In this document: one piece after another, positions 55,223 through 64,000 of the stretch
How the letters are laid out: each line of letters opens with the position of its first letter
Numbering within the stretch: position 1 is the stretch's first letter
From: Blastocladiella emersonii ATCC 22665
Taxonomy: Eukaryota; Fungi; Blastocladiomycota
Length of the DNA stretch: 64,000 bases
Reading direction: 5' to 3'
Assembly (NCBI GenBank): GCA_025594325.1
Contig: JANHCV010000010.1
Coordinates: 930,001-994,000 of the forward strand
Notes under the pieces: model-generated
The model's database searches: none
What the model was told of the DNA's origin: nothing
Seen by the model: the letters and a program-made list of their open reading frames with translations, nothing else
Position numbers and translations under genes: made by a program

Positions 55223-56287
55223 TCAGAAACTCGGCGGCGGCGGGGGCGGCGGCGGCGGCGGGAGGTTCCAGTCCGCGTCGTCAAACGTCATGGGCGGCGG
55301 TGGGGGCGGGAGGGAGAGACTCGGGAAAGAGCCGTAGCTGTCGGCGGGCGGAGGAGGCGGCGGGGGAGGAGGGAGGGCGCCGAACGCGGTCTCGTCGAAC
55401 GATTGTAGCGGGGGAGGGGGCGGAGGAGGGAGGCCAAAGTCGCCACCGACGGCGAAAGACGGCGCGGCTGCCGGGGGAGGTGGCGGTGGGACGGCGAACT
55501 GCGCGGGAGGAGGAGGGGGTGGTGGGACGGCGAACTGCGACGCCAGGGGAGGAGGTGGAGGCGGCGACACAGCGTCGACGGGCGACCCCATGTCGCGGCT
55601 GTCGGCCGTGTTCATCGAGAAGGGCGACGACAGCGCGTCGAACGCCGCGAGCGACGGCGGCGGCGGCAGCGTCACGGCGAACCCCTGGTCGGCGCCCGGG
55701 ATCGTGTCGAGGATGGTCACGGGCGGCGGCGGGTCGTCGTGGCCGCTGTTGCTGCCCGGCGACTGCGACTGCGACGGTGGCGAGGGCGCCGATGCCGCAG
55801 CAGCCGTGTCCACGGTCGAGTGCGTGGTGCGGCTCGTCGTGATGCGGTGCAGCGTCGGCGCGCCGCTCTCCGAGTGGTCGAGCAGGTCGCCCGCGCTGTA
55901 CGCCGCGAGGGCGTCCGGGTCCAGCGGCTCGTTCGGGTCCGCCGTCACGGCCGACATCTACAACCGGACCGCGCGAGCGGTTAGCGACCGGGGGGCCGGG
56001 AGCAATCGGCCGCGATGCGTACCCTTGCGTCGAGGAACTGGGCATGGCGCTCGAGCCGGTACAGGTGCGAGTGGACGCCCGCGAGCTTGGACGTGGCCTG
56101 GTGCTCTACGCGTGCGTGTCAACGGGCGGGTCAGCGCGGTGGGACCGAACATGGAACCGGCGGGCGGGGGCAGCGGCGTACCGAACGTGTTGAGAAAGAC
56201 GGCGAGCTTGGCGATCGACGTCGACAGGTCATCCACGACGCGCCGGAGCCGCGTGGGATCCTCGGGCGTCGAGTTGGCGACCGGCAT
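55223..56287 (-). CDS. WASHC3: WASH complex subunit 3 (CCDC53)-like coiled coil with polyproline tail, 3 exons
   Basis: Spliced N-terminus IAKLAVFLNTF...SKLAGVHSHLYRLERHAQFLDARMSAV matches the CCDC53 pattern FLN.F...KLA.....++E....LDA+LS. The C-terminus has multiple P5-P10 runs. Confidence 0.6.
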
Positions 56288-56888
56288 GGTGGCGCGGTGC
56301 GGTGCGGGCGGGGAACGGGTGCCGAGACGCGCGGGCAAGTGGATGGATCCAGTTGGGGCAGGCAGCGCAATCGATGGCACGCGCGGCGGCGTCGGTGGGC
56401 GCTCGCCGTACGCGGATCGCCTTGTTCGGGCGCCCGGCTCCAAGTCGGAGGGGAGGGCGCGGGAAACTGGTGCCAAGTCGTGGCGCAGCCGTGTGAGGGC
56501 GGCCGACGACGGCTGCTGCTTGCGTGTGCTTCGAGTCGCCGTGAATTCGGCGCAGCGCAGCGATGAGGCGTGGGGGGTGAGCGACGCGACGTTCATCGGG
56601 CGTGGGAAGGCGGTGGCGAAGGCTCCACAGGTGGTCCCACGCGACCGCAGCGACGCGTCTCTCCCGCTTGCTCTCCGAATTCGGCCAGGCGAACATGCGC
56701 CACCCGCGGGCGCGACGCGCGCCTCGTGTCTCCCGACTTGTTCGCCTGCTGTGCACGCTCGCCGTGCTTGTTTTCGCACTCGCTGCCTTGGGTCCCGCTC
56801 CCCTTGGCGCCATCGCCGCCGCACGCGCGACGCACACCTGCCCTCGGCCCCTGCCGCGTCCCCTGGCGCTGCCGCCGTCCTCGTGCCC

Positions 56889-56894
56889 TATAAA
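56889..56894 (+). promoter_or_regulatory. TATA box candidate for the chitinase gene
   Basis: TATAAA in GC-rich context about 230 nt upstream of the ATG at 57124. Confidence 0.45.
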
Positions 56895-57123
56895 GCTGCC
56901 CGGCGTCCCTGCCCTCCTCCCTCCGCTGGTCCGTACTCCCTCGCGCCTCTTGCCTTGCACGCTACGCATCCCCCCGCCGCCACGGGCTTCGGCCTTGCAT
57001 GCAACTCAGACTCGATACACCAAGACGGATCGACTGATCTCCTGCGCCCGCTCGCACACTCCTCTCCCTCTACCCTACTCGCACCCTTGCACACGTACTC
57101 GCGCGCCCGTCCTTCTCCTCGAC

Positions 57124-59016
57124 ATGGCGCCGATCACCAACACCAAACGCGTCCTCACGGCGACGCTCGCGCTCGTCGCGTCGTGCCTGCTCGCCGCCGC
57201 GGCCCCCGTCGACTACCCGGGCGTCGTCGACACGGCCGGCGTCGCGTGGTTCCCGACCGTCTCGCCCGGCCCTGGCCGACCGCCCAACCCGCTGCTCACG
57301 TCGGCCCTCGCCGCGCGCCCGCGTACCTCCACCACGTCGGCCTCGACGTCGACGCGCGCCCTCACCACGACCACGACCACGTCGACGCGCACCACGACCG
57401 TGACCACGACCGCGCCCGCCGCCACGACTTCGACGACGGCCCGCCTCGACTCGTCGACGTGCACGCCCGTCACCATTACCGTGCCCATCACCGAGCAGAC
57501 GGTCATCATCTGCACGACCATCGTCACCACCTTTGTCCCGCAGCCCAGCACCACGTCGACGCGCGTCACGCTCTCGCCCACGGCCACGGCCACTGCCACG
57601 TCGACTGTTCTCCCGACCTCGACCGCGACGACCACCACCACGACTACGGTCCGCCCGACGAGCACCTCGACTTCGACTTCCTCCTCTTCCTCCTCGACTC
57701 GCACGGCGACCTCGACCTCCACGATTCCGCCGCTCCCGACCACCATGCCCAACCGCAAGTTCCTCGCCTACTACACGTCGTGGTCGCAGTACGACGCCCG
57801 CGGCTTCCTGCCCATGATGCTGCCCGCCGAGCTGCTCACCCACGTCAACTACGTACGCCTTCTCTCACTATCTCTCTCGACACGAACATTCAACTAACCT
57901 TCCCTTGCGCGTCCACAGGCCTTCGCCAACATCGTCAACGGGCAGATCGCGATCGGCGACTCGTGGGGCGACATCGAGCGGCCGTTCGTGGTGCAGTACC
58001 AGGGCCGCGACATCACGCTCAACGGCGCCATGGCCGTGCTCAACGACCCGCGGTCGCCGCTGCGCCAGCGCAACCCGAAGCTGCGCTCGCTCATCAGCAT
58101 CGGCGGGTGGACCTGGTCCAAGACCTTTTCGAGCACGTCACGCACGCCCGCGAGCCGCGCACGGTTCACGTCGTCGGTCGTCGAGTTTGTGCGCACCTAC
58201 GGGTTCGACGGCGTCGACATTGAGTACGCCTTCGCGCTTTTCGCTGCGTGGCCCCTGGCTCGAAGCCGTGTCACTGACTCTCCCACGTGTGTGTGTGCGC
58301 GTAGCTGGGAGTACCCGGGCGCCGAGGGCGATGCCGGCAACGAGATGGACCCCAACGACCCGGCCAACTTCATCCTGATGCTGCAGTCGCTGCGCGACGG
58401 GCTGACGCAGCTCGCGGCGACGTCGGGCCGCGCCGAGCCGTACCTCGTGACGGTGGCCACGTCCGCGTCCGAGTCCAAGTTCGGCCTGCTCGACATGGCG
58501 GGGCTCGCCCGGACCTGCGACTGGGTCAACGTCATGACATACGACAACGCGGGCCCGTGGTCGCCGCGCACCGACCACCAGGCCTCGTTCCCGTTCATCC
58601 AGGCGGCCATCGACGGCTACGTGCGCCGCGGCCTGCCCGCGAGCAAGTTCAACCTCGGGATCCCCTTCTACGCGCGCTCGTTTGCCGGCGTGCCCGCCAA
58701 CTCGGGCGAGATCGGGCTCCCCTACACGTCGATCCCGCAGGGGACCGTCGAGCGCGGGATCATCGACTACGACGACCTCATGGCCCGCTACGCGCCGACC
58801 TACCAGCGCGCCGTCACGGCGCCCTACAACGTGCCCGTCTACTACAACAACGCGGCCGGTGTCTGGATCACGGCCGAGGACCAGGACTCGGCTGAGCGTA
58901 AGGGCAAGCTTATCCGCGACCAGGGGCTCGCCGGCGCCTTCTGGTGGGAGGCCTCGGGCGACAAGAAGTCGGAGCTCACGCGCGCGCTGCGCAAGGGCGC
59001 GCTCGGGTCTGCGTAA
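57124..59016 (+). CDS. Secreted GH18 chitinase with Thr/Ser-rich N-terminal linker, 3 exons
   Basis: Signal peptide; long T/S tract; AYYTSWSQY, LTHVNYAFA, LISIGGWTWS, FDGVDIDWEYP (across an intron), NVMTYD, KFNLGIPFYAR, GAFWWEASGD. Confidence 0.93.
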
Positions 59017-61733
59017 GACGGCGGCCGGCTCGGTTTTGATGGATCATCGTTGTCGTTGTCGTTGTTGTTGTAACCCCCGCACTCTCATCGCACTCGTCCC
59101 TTCCCTTCCCACGTTTCCGCTTCATAACAAAGACGCACTTCACCTCGAACCACCACGTCATTGTCTCCACCCGGCTTGCTCAGCGAGGGAGAACATCATC
59201 GATAGACCGGCGTCCCCATCGCCGTAGACTCGACCCACGGACGGTTCGCGTCGCTCATAGACCTCGCGCGCCCGTCCCGGCCGCCCACAGCTCGCGGCCG
59301 ATGTGCCTGGAGCCCGTTGCGTAGAGTGGCGGATCGATCGCGATCCCATTGTGCGGGAGGTGCCGACAGAACCCCTGGTGCCGAGCCGGAGCGCCGAATC
59401 TCAGATCATGGATGATCGAAGCCGCGGTCGGATGGTAGGGAGTCAATCACTTTCAGGCCTCACTTGCCCGGCGCGTTCGCGCAGACGGTCCTCGCTCTCC
59501 GCGGCCCGACTGCGATGAATGACGCACAAGCTTGATGATGAACACATGGAATCACTTGGGCTCGAGCGAGACTTTGCGGCCCCGAGGCGAACGCTTGGCC
59601 GGGCTGCAGACACGGACAGCCGCGGACGCTGAGATGTGAGACTGAGCGAGCTGTCTAGACTGTGGGCTATGGTCCGCGCCATGTTCACTGAGGTTCCACG
59701 AAACCCACTTGCCTCGCAGCTCAAAGACTGAGCTCCCGGGTGGATGGCGCTGGTCCAGAGCGACGCGGCATCGCGACATAGCGCTCCGACTGCATCCCTC
59801 GCCTGCTTGGCCGAGCGCGGCGCTCGTCTTCGAGATCGTGGACACTAGACGGCCGTTGAGCGCCCTCTCTAGTGCGGGCTAGCCAGCTTTGAGCGATGAG
59901 CCGTCACTGCGCCATGCTCCGAAGCCATGTGCGGCTCAGAGCGCAAGTACCGCTCACAGTTACCTCGATCGCGTCGCGACGCGGCCGAGTGCGCAGCTGT
60001 TGCGAGTCGTGCGGTGCACCCCAGGTCGATGATACCTCGCACATAAACGAGAGCAGCGCTGGCAGCTCGCCCGGCGTCACGGCGGCCCCACAGCGAGAAC
60101 TCCTGCTAAACCTCAGTTCCCATCTCTGGGACCATGGCCCATCTCCGCTTCTCCCGCGACCTCATAGCCGCGGATCGTTGAAGTCCTAGCTTCACGGGTC
60201 ACAGCTCGTCGCAATAGCACGATCGGTCGCTGATCACGCTCTCCCAGCAACGCACCACGTGATCGGATCAACACCTTCGAAACCCTCAAAGAGCCGCTCT
60301 CTCCGTCACCAAGATTGACACGTTTAACGCCTTAGGATGCGGATTATCGATTAGTCTATCGGACGCGTTGAATGACGCACAACTGCTCTATCCCTGAAGG
60401 CGCGCACACGGTCGAACCGACCCTACGTTGCTGCTTTATGTGTCCTGGAACGGTCGCGAAGGAACTTGTCGACGCTCGCGCGTCGTGAAGGAAGGTGGTC
60501 TAAGAGGAGAACATGGCCTAGCGCTCGCTCACCGAAATCTCGTCCAGCGACCTTCGACCAGCGACCACCTCTGCCTCAGTCCGCTTATCGCTCGCAAAAT
60601 CCGTGATGGACGACCCCACGGCAACGCTCCACGTGATCGAAACAACGCGCGTGTCTAGGACATGCGGGCCTTCCGAGCCGTGGCCAGCCCTCCATCGCCA
60701 ACGCACATCGTTTTCCGCAGCTTCGCGAACCCACACCAACCATGCATCGCTACATGTCATCGCAACTCATGCCGGACGTCGCCCGACCACCCGCGGATCG
60801 CCTCACTGCGTGGCGGCAAACGCTATTTCGCGCGCGAGTCCCTGCCCTCGGTTCCCACCACGCACACGCCCGAGTGTGTCCTCGAGGACACTGAGCCACG
60901 TCATTTCCGGTGCCCGGCCGATTGCACCCGGCCCTTGCATCCTCGTGTTCTCGCGCCGGTCCGTCGCCACAATGTTCGCACCTGGAGGTCGTCGGCCCCG
61001 CGAGGCAAGCGATCGCGTCTCGTTCGTCCCTTCCTCGAGCCTCTCTGGCTTGTGCACGAGCGAGGATCAAACAGGCGAACGTTGCTACTCTATGACACTG
61101 ACGACCTCGGCGACGAAAGCGGCGACATGCGCGGGGAAACGACCTTCACGGTACGCAATCGCACCAGCTCGCCAAGCGGATGATACGCGTGTCGTTCCGC
61201 GAAGCGGTCGCTCGCGCCGATGTGGGCCCGCACCCGCCTTGTCTTCCCACGGCAGGTGAGGACACGATAGCCACTCGATCGCTCCGGCGCCCGTCAGCGC
61301 CGTGTCTACGCCGCGGCGGCCATCGTGGGGCCCCACGGTGGGCAGCCGCGCGGCGCCCGCGATCGAAAAGTTGCGTGCGTGCCCTGTGCTTCGCGCAGCG
61401 CGGCTCGCGCGTCGGTCCCGCCGGGCGGCCAAGAACCGGCCCCGTGGCGGCGGCGGCACGCTTCGGGCGAGTGGACGCGCGCACAACACACGGCCGGCCG
61501 GCCGGCTCGCTCGGCCCGCGCGCTCGTGCCTTGTGTGTGTGGCGAAGAGCGGGCGTGAGCAACGCGCGCGAGGCAGGGGCCATTGCCATTTCACGGCCAC
61601 GCCGCCCACTTGTTCTCCTCACCTGTCGCCATCTTCCTGTCCTGCCTGCTCATCATCCGTGTGCGCCCGCGAGACAGCCAAGCTTTCGCCCCAAGTCCCA
61701 CCACCATTTCCGCCCCGAATTCGAGCTGCCAAG

Positions 61734-62237
61734 ATGTCAAGCGCCACCGTCCCCACCCACTGCTCGTATTCGGCCTACGACGGCGACCAGCCGGGGACCC
61801 CGCCGCCGTCCTCACCCGTCGTCTCGCCCGTGTCGGCGGCAACGCCAGTCGACCACTCGCCGAGCTCGATGACGGCCCTCATGCACAGCGCCGTCGTCAA
61901 CCAGGGTCTCGCGGTGCTCAAGACGTCGCGCCCATTGTATCTCTTGGCTCATCGCATCCAGAGTACTTCCCCGTACCCCATCGAGCCCGAGTCAGACCAG
62001 TACCCGGCGATCCTCGCGTGCATCGAGAGCGCCGCGCTGGCCGCGGCGACGTGGGACGGCACGGCGTCGACCGCCGTCGTGTGCCACGTCGCGCACCAAG
62101 TCCGCGGCGCCGTCAAGGGCGCGATTTGGTACGCCAAGCGCGTCGCGGCCGACGACCCGCGTCTGATCGTGAGCTGCCGCGCCCTCGAGGCGGCCGAGCG
62201 GAGTTTCTGGCACATGGCCAACATGGCGCTCATGTAG
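61734..62237 (+). CDS. Hypothetical protein, 167 aa
   Basis: ATG at 61734; S/P-rich N-terminus and helical C-terminus; host-like codon usage; convergent with the next gene. Confidence 0.6.
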   Translation: MSSATVPTHCSYSAYDGDQPGTPPPSSPVVSPVSAATPVDHSPSSMTALMHSAVVNQGLAVLKTSRPLYLLAHRIQSTSPYPIEPESDQYPAILACIESAALAAATWDGTASTAVVCHVAHQVRGAVKGAIWYAKRVAADDPRLIVSCRALEAAERSFWHMANMALM

Positions 62238-62398
62238 CCGACGTTGACGGCGACGCGGCCGCGGCGCGATCGGCGCGCGTCGCGTTGCGGCGAACACCCG
62301 GCCTGTACATTCTTTCTCGGCCGTTCTGTACATTCTTTATTTATGTCGTGCAACTGTACATCCCATCCTTGCTTCTCCTCACGCCTCCGAGTCGTCTA

Positions 62399-64000
62399 CT
62401 ACTGAGTGCGGCAGTCGCCCGCCGACCCCTGCCCCGCCGCGGGCTCGAGCGGGAGACTCGCCTTGAGGTCAACGCCGCCCTTGGGCAGGATCACCACCTT
62501 GCTGGGCGCGCGCGGGAGCGTGCGCGGCCGGGCCGGCGTCGGCGCGGGCGTGCTGCGGTGGTGGTGCGGCGCGTGCGCGTTGCTGCCCGCAGCAGCAGCC
62601 AGCGGATTGTCAGGCTCCCACGACCCGGGCGTCGTCTCGCCGGGCTCCATGAACCGGCCCGCGGCAGCCTGCGCGTCGAGCCGGATGACGTGCGGCGTCG
62701 CGGCGCGCTTCTTGCTGCCGCCGTTGTTGCGCGCAGCGGGCACCGGCGATGTGATGGCCGTCAGGACCGGCGACGAGGAACGCTGGATCGGCGGTGTCGG
62801 CGACGACACGTAGTGGTGCGGGTGCGCGTGCGGGTGCGTATGGTGGCGCGACTGCGGGAGCGGGGTCCACTCGGACGCGGCGGAGGCGGGGGCGGGGGCA
62901 CTAGTGCTGATCCCGGCGGCCGCGGCGGCGGCGGCGGCGGCAGCGTGCATGGACCCGGCGCGCGAGGGCGTGGCGGCGGCGCGCGACGCGGGCTTCGGGC
63001 AGTCGCAGTTGGCCTCGAGCTCATCGATGCGGAACCGCAGGCGCGTGATGGTGGTGTTGAGGCGTGCGAGCGCCGTGTCGCGCTGGTACACCTCGTCCTC
63101 GACGGCGCGCAGCTTCCACACCTCGTGCTGCCGCATCATCACCGACGTCTGCATCTTCTTCTTGGCCTGACGCAGGTCCGTCTCGAGCTGCTCGACGCGC
63201 ATCGTCAGGTACCGCACCTTGTGCTCGGTGACGGCCGAGTCCGCGGCCGAGGCATTGTTGGCGCTGCTTCCGCCGTCCACGTCCATGGCGGTGCCCGGGC
63301 TCGCCGCCGCCGTGGCGGTGCGCTGCATGTTCTCGAGCTCGTCGACGCGGAACGCGAGCTCGCGGTTCTCGGACTGCAGTGCGGCGAGCTGCGACTCGAG
63401 GCGCTTGATGTGATCCGTGTGGGCGCGGTCGCTCGAGAGCTGGGTGAGGCGGTACACCTGGCGGCGCAGGCGCTCCGACTCGGCGATCTGGCGGTGCAGC
63501 GTGCGCTCGTGCTCGCGCGCGAGCCGCGCGTTGCGCTCCTCAATGGACCGGCGCTGGTCGTCGACCTCGGACAGCAGCGTCTTGCGGTTGGCCGGGTCGT
63601 CGACGGCGTCGGCCTCGCCGTCCACGTTCTCGTGCAGGGCGCGCTGCAGCGAGCGGATCTGCTCGCGCGCGTCCTCGAGCTGCCCCGTCAGCGTGTCGAC
63701 CTGCAGCTGCGTCTCCTGGTGCTCGGTGCGCAGCGTCGTCAGCTCGTCCACCTGCGACTCGAGCACCTCGACGCGCTCCTCGAGCAGCTCCGCCTCGGCG
63801 TTGCGCGCGCGCGCCGCAGCCACCGCGTCGTCGTACTGCTGCGCCAGCTCGTGCAGCGCGGCCTCGAGCTCGGCGTTCCGGTCCGCGTACTCGCCCACGA
63901 CGTCGGCCGACGCCGACAGCTCGTTGCGGTTGCGCACCAGCGCAAGCTTGTCCTCGGCGAGCCGCTGCTTCTCGGCCTCGAGCTCGGCCACGCGCGCCTT
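62399..64000 (-). CDS. SPDL1: Spindly-like dynein adaptor, 5'-partial
   Basis: Long coiled coil with KTLLSEVDDQRR (Spindly-box-like, cf. GNSLFAEVEDRR), followed by RLRRQVYRLTQL...IKRLESQL; low-complexity tail ending in CAAX-like CRTQ. Confidence 0.7.
   Translation of the reverse strand, partial: KARVAELEAEKQRLAEDKLALVRNRNELSASADVVGEYADRNAELEAALHELAQQYDDAVAAARARNAEAELLEERVEVLESQVDELTTLRTEHQETQLQVDTLTGQLEDAREQIRSLQRALHENVDGEADAVDDPANRKTLLSEVDDQRRSIEERNARLAREHERTLHRQIAESERLRRQVYRLTQLSSDRAHTDHIKRLESQLAALQSENRELAFRVDELENMQRTATAAASPGTAMDVDGGSSANNASAADSAVTEHKVRYLTMRVEQLETDLRQAKKKMQTSVMMRQHEVWKLRAVEDEVYQRDTALARLNTTITRLRFRIDELEANCDCPKPASRAAATPSRAGSMHAAAAAAAAAAGISTSAPAPASAASEWTPLPQSRHHTHPHAHPHHYVSSPTPPIQRSSSPVLTAITSPVPAARNNGGSKKRAATPHVIRLDAQAAAGRFMEPGETTPGSWEPDNPLAAAAGSNAHAPHHHRSTPAPTPARPRTLPRAPSKVVILPKGGVDLKASLPLEPAAGQGSAGDCRTQ

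Noticed and set aside
59030-61700. 2.7-kb gene-poor interval with short ORFs, possibly a transposon relic
   Set aside because: No recognisable domain, codon bias or terminal repeats.

Overview
This is GC-rich eukaryotic DNA with short GT-AG introns (GTACGC-type donors, CTAAC/CTGAC branch points). The gene content points to a flagellated, early-diverging fungus, probably Blastocladiomycota (Allomyces-like; inference). Supporting genes are chitinases, ciliary TMEM17, TTBK and DNAI4, WASHC3, Spindly-like and FANCE-like genes, and a class C GPCR. Most of the window is housekeeping genes (ELP4, REV7, CtIP/SAE2, ARF1, sphingosine-1-phosphate lyase, M28 peptidase). These are mixed with fast-evolving material: F-box-like ankyrin and LRR genes (several truncated or disrupted), a tandem separase duplication (one intact copy, one disrupted copy, a near-identical internal tract), an acetyl-CoA carboxylase fragment, and a catalytically degenerate GH18. 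The most striking feature is a compact TnpB/Fanzor-family RuvC ORF (42508-43578). It keeps all three catalytic acidic residues and the zinc ribbon but lacks most of the N-terminal lobe. It has host-like codon usage, a hairpin-rich 3' flank (candidate omega-RNA), and sits between the DNA-repair genes REV7 and CtIP. All family assignments come from motif recognition by eye; no searches were run.
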